Shown in pieces: positions 1 through 10,532 of a DNA stretch of 40,143 nucleotides (positions within the stretch are counted from its first letter, which is position 1; every line of letters starts with the position of its first letter). Source of the stretch: Octopus bimaculoides (taxonomy: Eukaryota). Both the position numbers and the translations under genes were made by a program. The stretch is from assembly GCF_001194135.2 (NCBI RefSeq), contig NC_068987.1, positions 11,153,667 to 11,193,809 on the forward strand, written 5' to 3'. The notes below the pieces were generated by a model that was given only the letters and a program-made list of their open reading frames with translations, searched no databases and was not told the origin of the DNA.

Positions 1-192
1 GAATTTCTCTTCTATATTTCTCCTCCTCTTCCCCCACCTCATTTCTTGATAGTTCCTATTTGTTAATCTCTCCTAATGAAGGTTGATATTCTTTTGAAAC
101 AGCTCCAAGACAGTGACTTAACTTTAAGCATTTAGAAAATAAAATTGAAATAACATTACTGTTATTGTCATCATTCTTCTTCTTCTTATTAT

Positions 193-412
193 TAAGGTGG
201 TGAAGGCTGTGAGCTAGCTGAATTGCTTAGTGGTATTTCATCTATCTTTACATCCTGAGTTCAAATTCCGCCAAGGTTGACTTTGCCTTTCATCCTTTCG
301 CGGTCGAGAAATTAAGTACCAGTTGAGTACTTGGGTCAATATAATCAACTATTTCCCTCCCCAAAATTTCAGGACTTGTGCCTATAGTAGAAAGGATTAT
401 TATTATTATTGT
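193..412 (+). mobile_element. SINE family A (tRNA-like head, conserved core GCCTTTCATCCTTTCGGGGTCGATAAATTAAGTACCAG, (ATT)n tail)
   Basis: B-box-like GAGTTCAAATTCC, core motif and 3' end TTGTGCCTATAGTAGAAAGG(ATT)n, all repeated in more than 10 copies in the window. The core resembles the MetaSINE domain as I recall it (unverified). Confidence 0.9.
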
Positions 413-427
413 TGTTGTTGTTATTGT

Positions 428-480
428 GGAGGCGCAATGGCCCAGTGGTTAGGTCAGCGGACTCACGGTCAGAGGATTTG
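428..480 (+). mobile_element. SINE family C, 5' head fragment only
   Basis: GGAGGCGCAATGGCCCAGTGGTTAG matches the head of the longer copy at 19166. Confidence 0.8.
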
Positions 481-658
481 ATGTGGCGCATTTCTCTAAT
501 TTTTTTTAATGTATTTTGTATTCCAATGATGAAGAAACTTGACCTATGAAAATCTGTCAACCACTTATATTTTTGTTGTATTTTTCTTGTATTCAGCATT
601 AATTAGGTGCGCTGCAACAAAGGTTTTCCTTTTTTTCTTGTTATATATACATAAACTG

Positions 659-1295
659 GAGTGGCTGTGTGGTAAGAAGTTTGCTTCCCAACCACATAGT
701 TCCAGGTTCAGTCCCACCACATGGTACCTTAGGCAAGTGTCTTCTAATGTAGTCTTCGGTCAACCATAGCCTTTTGGGTGGATTTGGTTGACAGAAACTG
801 AAAGAAGGAGGGCAGAGAGCTGGCAGAAACGTTAGCACACCGGGCAAAATGCTTAGCGGTATTTCGTCTGCCGTTACATTCTGAGTTCAAATTCCGCCAA
901 GGTCGACTTTGCCTTTCATCCTTTCGCGGTCAATAAATTAAGTACCAGTTACACACTGGGGTCGATGTAATCAACTTAATCCGTTTGTCTTTACTTGTTT
1001 GTCCCGTCTATGTTTAGCCCCTTGTGGGCAATAAAGGAATAAGAAACTGAAAGAAGCCTATTGTGTGTGTTTGTCTTTGCGCCTGCAGTTGTCCTCTGCC
1101 ATCACTTGGCAATCAGTGTTGTTATGTTTACGATCCCATAACTTAGTAGTTTGGCAAAAGAAACCAATCGAAGAAGTATCAGGCTTCAAAAATAATAAAA
1201 TAATAATAAATAAAAGTACAGGAGTCAATTCATTCAACTAAAATTCCTCATGGTGGCGCCCCAGCATGGCCACAGTCCAATGCCAGACAAGTAAA
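659..1295 (+). mobile_element. SINE family B interrupted by a SINE-A variant
   Basis: Head GGAGTGGCTGTGTGGTAAG...GGTTCAGTCCC, body GGCAAGTGTCTTCTA, resumes at 1057 and ends CCAGCATGGCCACAGT...AAGTAAAAG. Confidence 0.9.
808..1041 (+). mobile_element. SINE-A variant (different 3' end) nested in SINE-B with 15-bp TSD
   Basis: AGAAACTGAAAGAAG is duplicated at 793-807 and 1042-1056, flanking the insert. Confidence 0.9.
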
Positions 1296-2217
1296 AGACG
1301 AAAGGTTTAGATCACCTCAGGCACCATCATCCTCATTTCAGGCTTGAGACACACTTACGCTCTTACACCTTTATAAAACACCTCTACTATAACTGAGACA
1401 CCTCTTAGAATTACAATTCAAATGTGCGTCCTGTTAGCCATAAGTTCTTTATAATTATATTACTCAACTGCCACGAATATCTAGGCACATCAGTAATAGT
1501 TTAGAGCTCCTACACAAGCCATTTGCTTCATTAGATCCACTAAGCTCTGTGTTGGCAACTGCTTATATAAATGGTCGAGAACCGAGGTTGCATCATACCA
1601 TTCATTCGTTCCGACTTTATCTTTCTCACTGCAGCCACCTCCAGAAGTCTTTGATCATATATGCATAGGCAAGATGGTAAATTGATAGAATATGCTCCGA
1701 CTGCCATAATGCATTCCACGCTAGATGCAGCTGCATGACGATGTCATATGGTGCTAGATCAGACTGAAAGATAACGCATCCAGAACGCAAAGAACTGTGA
1801 ATGTTTCTAAGTGTTTGATCGGTCATTTCTGTGTTATGTAGGCCTATTCAAGCAGAGTCGATTGTGGGGGCGGTGGATTGCTATTGCTTCATACACATCA
1901 ATATAACCCCCCCCCCCACCAAGTTGTTGTTGTTGTTATTAATATACCATCGCCATCATCAGCGTCATCATGTGTTACTTTCGTCATCACAACTGCTATT
2001 AACCACATCCGACTCTTCATCCATTCTAATTTTAGATCTGAAGAAAAGAACCGTTCCGATCTTTTGTTTGAGTCATCATCATCTAATATCATCGCATGAT
2101 CTGTTTTTGACATAATATTGATAATTCCGTCAACTATCTTTACCTACAGTGTTGTTGTCGTCGTTATTGTTATTGTTGTTGTCGTCGCTGTTGTTAGTTC
2201 CTGCTTCACCCTTAATT

Positions 2218-2807
2218 NNNNNNNNNNNNNNNNNNNNNNNNNNNNNNNNNNNNNNNNNNNNNNNNNNNNNNNNNNNNNNNNNNNNNNNNNNNNNNNNNNN
2301 NNNNNNNNNNNNNNNNNNNNNNNNNNNNNNNNNNNNNNNNNNNNNNNNNNNNNNNNNNNNNNNNNNNNNNNNNNNNNNNNNNNNNNNNNNNNNNNNNNNN
2401 NNNNNNNNNNNNNNNNNNNNNNNNNNNNNNNNNNNNNNNNNNNNNNNNNNNNNNNNNNNNNNNNNNNNNNNNNNNNNNNNNNNNNNNNNNNNNNNNNNNN
2501 NNNNNNNNNNNNNNNNNNNNNNNNNNNNNNNNNNNNNNNNNNNNNNNNNNNNNNNNNNNNNNNNNNNNNNNNNNNNNNNNNNNNNNNNNNNNNNNNNNNN
2601 NNNNNNNNNNNNNNNNNNNNNNNNNNNNNNNNNNNNNNNNNNNNNNNNNNNNNNNNNNNNNNNNNNNNNNNNNNNNNNNNNNNNNNNNNNNNNNNNNNNN
2701 NNNNNNNNNNNNNNNNNNNNNNNNNNNNNNNNNNNNNNNNNNNNNNNNNNNNNNNNNNNNNNNNNNNNNNNNNNNNNNNNNNNNNNNNNNNNNNNNNNNN
2801 NNNNNNN
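2218..2807. other. Assembly gap (N run)
   Basis: N bases. Other gaps: 6482-6594, 11673-12503, 19462-19471, 22067-22312, 26462-26892, 27418-27791, 31851-32150, 39100-39506. Confidence 1.
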
Positions 2808-3135
2808 CAGGGAGTAGGGAGAAAATAAAAATAAACATTACTCAAACTTGCCTCAGTTGTAGATCCCAGAAAATTTCCCATTTTATATTAATTCATGTCA
2901 GAAATGGTTTCCATCTAGCTGTAAAACATGTTTCAACTTTAAAAATACTCATTTCCCAAGCTGCTTTCATTCCAGTATCTATTTGCCATTTTTTTTTTTA
3001 AGTAAATCTTTGTAGCCATACATTTCTCAAAAAAAAAAAAAAATATTTGGGTTATCTTTGGCATATATTCCTTAGAAATAGTGAAGTAACATTAGAATTA
3101 AGTTGTAATTTACCATAATAATTCCTTTCCTTTAA

Positions 3136-3353
3136 CCCTTCAAAATTGAAACCAAACGTATCCAGCCCGAATATTTTTACCTGTTTTAATGTTCAAACTA
3201 GATGGATCCAACCTCTCACACTGACCCTACAATGTCGTTCTAAAACTGAACAATCTCACTATCAAAATCTTGAATCTACAAGATGATGCAGGATTAATTC
3301 AGAGCCATGTGAATAAATAATGCTTTAGAAGGAATAATCCGAATGCCAAAGGG
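3136..3353. mobile_element. piggyBac-type MITE, degenerate
   Basis: TTAA-CCCTT at 3132 and AAAGGG-TGAA at 3348-3357. Internal CCTGTTTTA..GTTCAAACT..CTCTCACAC is shared with the fragment at 17776. Confidence 0.75.
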
Positions 3354-3455
3354 TGAAATGAATAATCTTTATTATAACATTCGTTTAAGATAGCATGTGA
3401 GATTACAAATCCTGAGATATCTTTTTTTATATATACATATATACATATATATACA

Positions 3456-3618
3456 ATGGGCCTCTCTCAGTTTCTGTCTACCAGATCTACGCAAAAGGCT
3501 TTGGTTGGTCCGAGGCTATAGTAAAAGACACTTGCCCAAAGTGCCATGTAGTGGGACTGAACCTTGAACCATGTGGTTGGGAAGCAAACTTCTTACCACA
3601 CAGCCATGCCTGCACCTG
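3456..3618 (-). mobile_element. SINE-B 5' half
   Basis: Reverse complement of the family B head and body. Confidence 0.85.
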
Positions 3619-3625
3619 TGTATTC

Positions 3626-3983
3626 CTTTTACTCGTTTCAATCGTTTGACTGCAGCCATGCTGGAGCACTGTCTTTAGCCAAGCAAATCGACCCCAGGAC
3701 TTAATCTTTGTAAGCCCAGTACTTATTCTATTGGTTTCCTTTTGCTGAACTGCTAAGTTATGGGGATGTAAATACACCAGCATCGGTTGTCAAGCGATGT
3801 TGAGGGGACAAACACAGACACACAAACATATACATATGATGGGCTTCTTTCAGTTTCCGTCTACCAAATCCACTCACAAGCCCGAGGCTATAGTAGAAGA
3901 CACTTGCCCAAGGTGCCACGCAATGGGACTGAACCCAGAACCATGTGGTTGATAATCAAGCTACTTACCACACAGCCACTCCT
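3626..3983 (-). mobile_element. SINE-B near full length (small internal deletion)
   Basis: Reverse complement of 22803-23205 across its length. Confidence 0.9.
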
Positions 3984-4119
3984 AATCATTTTCTGTTGCA
4001 ACCTTTTTTTCTTCAGAAAGCCAAAACTATTTTACAAAGAGTCACAAAAGTACTGAAGGTTTGAAATGCAGTTCATTGATCTCTTAGAAAACACAAATGC
4101 ATCTCATTCTAAAATATGC

Positions 4120-4665
4120 TGTAAAATGGTTGGCGTTAGGAAGGGCGACGAGCCAGAGAAAACCTGCCAAAAACTGAGGCTTTGGAGTATGACATGGTCC
4201 TCTCTCTTGTGTACAGGAGAGCTGGGAAGAAGTTTGGTAATATAAGTAAGAACACCAGTAGAACTTAGTCTATATACTGGGGCAAACATTTGAAGAGACC
4301 ACAAAACACGATACGAGACCCCCCCCCCTCTCAAACATTCTTTGTCTTGCAAGTTACTTGATGATCTTGCCTGTGCTGGTGTCACTTAAAAAGCATCCAG
4401 TCTACACTGTGAAGTGGTTGGCTTTTGTTAGGGCATCCAGCTGTAAAAACCATGCCAAAAACTGACCTCAGTTGTGCTGGTGCCATGTAAAAAGCACTCG
4501 ACCCACTGTGCTGTGTGGTTGGTGACAGGAAGGGCATCCAGCCGTAAAAACTGTGTCAAAACAGACACAGAAGTACGGTGCAGTCATCTGCCTGACCAGC
4601 TCCTTGTCAAACCGTCCAACCCATGCCAGCATGGAAGGAAGACATTAAACAATGATAAGGATGAT
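4120..4665 (+). mobile_element. RTE-clade LINE 3' UTR fragments (family E), internally duplicated
   Basis: GTGGTTGGCGTTAGGAAGGGC and GTGCTGGTG..AAAAAGCA are repeated. Ends CCAACCCATGCCAGCATGGAAGG..ATTAAAC with a GAT-like tail. Confidence 0.75.
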
Positions 4666-5984
4666 GGATCTTTTTAAACTGTCCAACCTATGCCATCAAA
4701 GGAGAATATCAAACTGATGCTGACAACAATGGTGACACTTCTATAGAAATAATTTCAGATAATATTCATTTACTGCTAGATCTACATTTATTTACACTTT
4801 TCAAACAGTATCCATTGATTGCACTTTGGCTCTCTCTTGTACCGTTTCTAAAATAGCTTCTGCTCTCTTTAACATGGTGAATCTTTGCCAATTCCATTTA
4901 AACTTACACCCATACAACTCGTTTTCCTTTCTGTACACTAGTCCGCAAAATCAGCTCCAATAAATTACCAAAATCTCCCTGTTAGGTCTGAGACTGCTCG
5001 GGAAGATTATGGGCACCGTTTTTCCATTCCAAGAGTAACAAACGAAAAGAAAATATGGAGGAGTAGATGTGAAACATGTGAATTCTACTTTCCGTAGTAA
5101 AGTGGTTAAACTAATAAGCTATTTATCTAAAGTGTGTTCATAAATTTATCGAGCTGCTAAGCAAATATACAAGCTGCTACAGACTTCTTAGTTACAACAA
5201 AGTTGGTTCACAATGATTAAGAGAAGAATCCAGCTGTAAAACACCTGCTTCATCTCTGAAAATGTGTCAGTGTGCAGACTTAAACAAACCAAATTGATAG
5301 ATATATAATTGAACATAATGTTCAAAGCTATTTCCTTCTTCGTGCTTGCACTATCAGAGCCTTTCCAGTCTTTGTTAAAATTTTAACAGCTCATTTATAA
5401 TGATATTTCGACCACGTCTTCCTCTTCCACGACTCTGCTTATATATTTCTATTCCAAAGGAGCTTGTTAGGTATTTAAGATGCTGTTGTCCTTATTTCTG
5501 AAGAACAACAATGAAAGAAATGCTTAAAATATGCAAAAAAGGAAAAGGAAGCAAAAGTTAATACCATTCAATCATCCAATTTACCATTTCTGTCCAAATG
5601 CCTCCAAATGGCATCTTCATCTTCGTCTGTATGTAGCTGGAAGCAGCCAGAACCCTGTGTATGCCGAAATTTCTTTAAATATCCATCTGCTTGAACTAGA
5701 TTCCTTTCATTCTGTTTATATTTTGCTCATACCTAGATTTAATATACAAGTTCACTGCTATGGCAAAAATATGCAAGGATAATGCTATTGTCAAAATGGC
5801 AGCGGCAGCAGCAGTGGAGGTGGCAGCAGCCATCATCACCCACATCATCATCATCATCGTCATTACAAATATTAATTTCAAATTTTGGCACAAGGCCAGC
5901 AATTTTGTGTTGGCAGGAGTTGGGGTGGTGGTCATGGTGTGTGTGTGTGTGTTTACATACATGTCTTTCTATCAACATATATAC

Positions 5985-6128
5985 ATATGGTGGAGGGGAC
6001 TAGTCAATAACATTGGCCCCAGTGCTCCACTGGTACTTATTTCATTGATCCCCAGCACTCAACTGGTACAAAAAAAAAAAAGAAAAAAAGGCAAAATCAA
6101 CCTCAGTGGAATTTGAACTCAGAACTTA
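5985..6128 (-). mobile_element. SINE-A partial with anomalous internal duplication and poly-A tract
   Basis: Near-identical to 8686-8840, including the non-consensus insert. Confidence 0.8.
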
Positions 6129-6149
6129 AACACACACACACACACACAC

Positions 6150-6465
6150 ATCACCTCATGGAATCGATGACAAGTGACCAAGACATTTGGTGATATGCTG
6201 TGCTTGAGAAGACTCATCAAACCAAGTGAAACCATAGTGAAGGCCATTGCCAGTGTCACGTAAATGGCACTCATGCCAGTGGCACGTAAAAAGTACCCAT
6301 TACACACTATGGAGTGGTTGGCGTTAGGAAGGGCATTCGGCCATAGAAACCATACCAAATCAAACGGGAATCCCAGTGCAGCGCTCCAGCTTACCAGTTC
6401 CAGTCAATCTGTCTAACCCATGCCAACATGAAAAGTGGACGTTAAATAATAATGATGATGATAAT
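6150..6465 (+). mobile_element. RTE-clade LINE 3' end (ORF C-terminus plus 3' UTR, (GAT)n tail)
   Basis: Translates LMESMTSDQDIW*YAVLEKTHQTK*, resembling an RTE ORF terminus. It is followed by the family E UTR ending GGACGTTAAATAATAATGATGATG. Confidence 0.7.
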
Positions 6466-6594
6466 GATATATATATATATANNNNNNNNNNNNNNNNNNN
6501 NNNNNNNNNNNNNNNNNNNNNNNNNNNNNNNNNNNNNNNNNNNNNNNNNNNNNNNNNNNNNNNNNNNNNNNNNNNNNNNNNNNNNNNNNNNNNN

Positions 6595-6914
6595 GGCAAG
6601 TGTCTTCTACGGCCTCGGGCCGACCAAAGCATTGTGAGTGGATTTGGTAGACGGAAACTGAAAGAAGCCCGTCGTATATATGCATATATATATGTATGTG
6701 TGTGTGTTTGTGTGTCTGTGTTTGTCCCCCCTAGCATTGCTTGACAAACCAATGCTGGTGTGTTTACGTCCCCGTCACTTAGTGGTTCGGCAAAAGAGAC
6801 CGATAGAATAAGTACTAGGCTTACAAAGAATAAGTCCCGGGGTCGATTAGCTCGACTAAAGGCGGTGCTCCAGCATGGCCGCAGTCAAATGACTGAAACA
6901 AGTAAAAGAGAGTA
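6595..6914 (+). mobile_element. SINE-B (head lost in gap), followed by a family E tail to 6966
   Basis: High identity to 22850-23205. Confidence 0.9.
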
Positions 6915-7350
6915 TATATATGCCAGCATGGAAGATGGATGTTAAATGATGATGATGATGATGATGAAGAATTAAAAACAAACAAGCAAAGAAATATTTT
7001 GAGGTATTTCACTCAAATTCCACAGCTACTCCATCAACCCTCACCACGTTTGCTATTGGAAATGCAATGACCCAGTGATTGTCTCATTGGAAACCTATAA
7101 CCAATGATGCCAGAAAACGAAAAAAAGAAAAAAAAGAAAAGAAGAAGCTAAATGTTTACAGTTAATCCATATTGAAAGCAATCATCAGTTCGCAAATAAG
7201 GTTTCTCTCGTATTTAACAAAATTCATTTCATTTATAAACGCATTTCTCAATTCATCTCAAAACTTATCTATATTAGTTTTTACATCTTATGCTGAAAGT
7301 GTCTAAAAGACTGTGTATCTTCATAGCAATGGAATAATAATAATAATAAT

Positions 7351-7727
7351 GGCTTTCTAATTGATGTATCAATACCAGCAGATGACAACGTTTATCTAAA
7401 AGAAATGGAAAAACTTTCAAAATACAAAGACCTGGAAATAGAGATAACTCGAATGTGGAATCTAAAAACAGAAACAATTCCTATCATAGTAGGTGCCTTA
7501 GGTATAATAAAAAAAATATTCAGACAAATACATAACAAAAATACCAGGACTTACAAATATATATAACATACAGAAAATTGCACTACTGGGTACTGCACAC
7601 ATTCTACGCAAAACACTTTCAATACAGTAAACATAAGAGCACCACAGCAAACCACAGCACATACCCAAGGCGCACAGAGCTGCGCTCGGTAGTGAAGTGA
7701 AAGCATGTTATAAAAATAAAACTACTG
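7351..7727 (+). mobile_element. R4/Dong-like non-LTR retrotransposon 3' end: restriction-like endonuclease C-terminus plus 3' UTR, in (AAT)n
   Basis: 7354-7630 reads FLIDVSIPADDNVYLKEMEKLSKYKDLEIEITRMWNLKTETIPIIVGALGIIKK, then a +1 shift in the A8 run at 7509-7516, then YSDKYITKIPGLTNIYNIQKIALLGTAHILRKTLSIQ*. The ID.S.P / K..KY / IP...GALG pattern is typical of RLE-type LINEs. (AAT)n lies on both sides. Confidence 0.85.
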
Positions 7728-7754
7728 AATAATAATAATAATTATAATAATAAT

Positions 7755-7879
7755 CTTTGCAAAACCAAATATATGGTACCCTAGGCATAACACCGACATG
7801 AACTTCTAACTTCTTGTCTCTTGAGGTCTCTGGGTGAATCTTGGAGCCAGCTTGTACAAATACAAAGAAAAAGTCAAAC

Positions 7880-7880
<1 letters not shown>
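7755..7880 (+). mobile_element. Probable 3' UTR tip of a second (AAT)n-embedded retroelement family
   Basis: Non-repetitive 126-bp block bounded by (AAT)n on both sides. It contains GTCTCTTGAGGTCTCTGGGTGA. Family assignment is inference. Confidence 0.5.
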
Positions 7881-7911
<31 letters not shown>

Positions 7912-7915
<4 letters not shown>

Positions 7916-8005
7916 GAGCATCACAGCAAACCACAGCACATACCCAAGGCACGCAGAGCTGCGCTCGGTAGTGAAGTGAAAGCAAGTTATAAAATAAAAC
8001 TACTG
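7912..8005 (+). mobile_element. Second, heavily 5'-truncated copy of the R4/Dong-like 3' UTR
   Basis: Near-identical to 7633-7727 (CACAGCAAACCACAGCACATACCCAAGGC...AAAACTACTG) with an (AAT)n tail. Confidence 0.9.
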
Positions 8006-8030
8006 AATAATAATAATAATAATAATGATA

Positions 8031-8245
8031 ATTCTTTCTACTATAAGCACAAGGCCTGAAATTTTGGTGGGAGGAGATGAGTCGATTACTTTGATCCCAG
8101 TGCATAACTGGTACTTAGTTTATCGACCCCGAAAGGGTGAAAGGTAAAGTCGACCTTGGTGGCATTTGAACTCAGAATGGGAAGACAGACAAAATACCGC
8201 TAATTATTTCGTCCGGCATGCTAACGAATCTGCCAGCTAACTACC

Positions 8246-8247
<2 letters not shown>
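8031..8247 (-). mobile_element. SINE-A full length, flanked by (AAT)n
   Basis: Reverse complement of the family A consensus. Confidence 0.9.
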
Positions 8248-8285
<38 letters not shown>

Positions 8286-8311
8286 TGATGATGATGATGA
8301 TGATAATAACA

Positions 8312-8495
8312 ATGGTTTCAAATTTTGGCACAAGGCCAGCAATTTCAGTTCTCTACTGGAACTTATTTTACCGACCCTGGAAGGATGGAAGGCAAAGTCG
8401 ACTATGGTGGAATTTGAACTCAAAACATAAAGACCGCTGAAATACTGCTGAGTACTTTGCTCAGCATGCTAACAGTTCTGCCAGCTCACCACCTT
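8312..8495 (-). mobile_element. SINE-A with internal deletion
   Basis: TTTCAAATTTTGGCACAAGGCCAGC...GGCAAAGTCGAC...TTCTGCCAGCTCACC. Confidence 0.85.
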
Positions 8496-8510
8496 CTTCT
8501 TCTTCTTCTT

Positions 8511-8596
<86 letters not shown>

Positions 8597-8646
8597 CAAT
8601 AACATTAACAATAACAATAACAACAACAACAACAACAACAACAACA
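8494..8646. repeat. Compound trinucleotide microsatellite (CTT)n(AAT)n(AAC)n
   Basis: Read directly. A further (AAT)n(GAT)n tract lies at 8248-8310. Confidence 0.95.
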
Positions 8647-8905
8647 ATCCTTTCTACTCTAGCATAAGGCCTGAAATTTTGGTGGCGGAGACTAGTCAAT
8701 AACATTGGGCCCCAGTGTTCCACTGGTATTTATTTCATTGATCCCAGCACTCAACTGGTACCAAAAAAAAAAAAAAAGAAAGAAAAGAAAAGAAAAAAAA
8801 GGCAAAGTCAACCTCAGTGGAATTTGAACTCAGAACTTAAAAGACAAATTAAACGCCATTAAGCATTTGTTTTCCAATGTGCCAAGGATTCTGCCAGCTC
8901 TCAAC
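8646..8905 (-). mobile_element. SINE-A with the same anomalous insert as 5985-6128
   Basis: GATCCCAGCACTCAACTGGTAC plus an A-tract replaces the consensus GAAAGGATGA. Confidence 0.85.
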
Positions 8906-10175
8906 CACTATTACTACTACTGATGATGGTGACGATGATGGTGGTGATGATGATGATGATTTCCAACATAAGCACTGGAGAAGACTGACAGTGAGTTTAC
9001 ACCGACTCCGGTACTTGACTGGATTTTATCAACCATGGAAGAATGAAAGGCGAAGTTGAGCTAACAAATTTTTGAACGCAAACTGCAAAAGGGGAGGTTT
9101 AGCTAAAAACTACACAAGCATTCTATTTGATGCTGCACCGATTCTGATCCACAGATCTCGAACTTGTTTGACACGCATGGGTTGTTTTTCCGAAACAAGC
9201 GCTGATGTTCAGAGACTTGCAGTACAGTTTTGCTTTAAAACCTTATCTTCATTTATTTCCAGTCTTCGTAACCAATTTCTAAAGCCCGTTTGTGAAATCT
9301 GTTGACAAAGATAGTCTCAAATACCCTTGCCTCTCGTTTGCTAGAGAAGAAAGTGTGTTTGATGTTTTTGACAAAACGTAGGGAAAACTCGTAATCAACC
9401 CAACTTAAAATCATACATTTTCCTTTCGTCTTTTTTTCTTCCCCTCCTCCTTCCCCGCTTCGGAATCTTCTTCGGTGACCATACTCTCTCCCTTTCTTTT
9501 GTCATAGCGACTGAATACAAAATCATTTATAGTTTTGTGTGGAGTTAGTTGATTCTTCATAATTGCTGTCATTCCAGTATGAATCACCTATCTGTCTCAT
9601 TCGCATATTCAATGCTCACAATAGACTTGCCTCACCTACATATTATCATGCGTGTATATGTGTGTATAAATACATACATACATACATACATACATACGTA
9701 TATATATATATATATATATTGTTTGTGACTGTTTTATTTGCCTCTCCTATATATCGCCAACCGACAACTCAATTACCTGCCTCGCACCTATGTATCTATC
9801 TCTCTCTCGCTATCTATCTATCTAGCTATCTAGCTATCTATTATCTATCTTACTATCTCTATCATTACATGGTTTGACCTGCCGGTATGGCTTAGCTGAT
9901 GTGTGTATTAAGCTTTGCAAACAGCGTCAGTGTATTTTTCGTAGTTCTGCGGAATACTGGCGCTATACACTGTAAGGTAATCCATTTATTGTGATGTCAT
10001 TTCAGCCTGAGTCACTAATATTTTTCTCTAAATCTAATTTATAGTGTTTATTTAGAAGCATGCGAAAACGCTTTTCCCTTTCTTCTTGCTCTGCTTATTA
10101 CCACAACCACCATAATGACTATTATTACTACTTCGACTGATTTCTCTACTACTCCTTTTCTCACTTCATTGATTA

Positions 10176-10214
<39 letters not shown>

Positions 10215-10361
10215 TAAATGTGTGTGTGTGCTTGCTTGTTTTATGAATCTAACTTTTGATTTTAAAGATGTCTTAGTAACTATTACTACTACAAAATATG
10301 TTTTGTGTAATATTTTAAGAAGTGATCTTTGTAAATTTTTGTTTCTTTTTTCTATGGCGAT

Positions 10362-10532
<171 letters not shown>

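Noticed and set aside
1636-1677. Micro-exon PPPEVFDHICIGKM between CTCACTGCAG and GTAAAT
   Set aside because: It has only splice-like motifs, with no homology or linked exon. Expected by chance at this window size.
7333-8030. CRISPR-like repeat/spacer appearance
   Set aside because: The repeats are variable-length microsatellite and the spacers are retroelement tails. The context is eukaryotic, with no cas genes.
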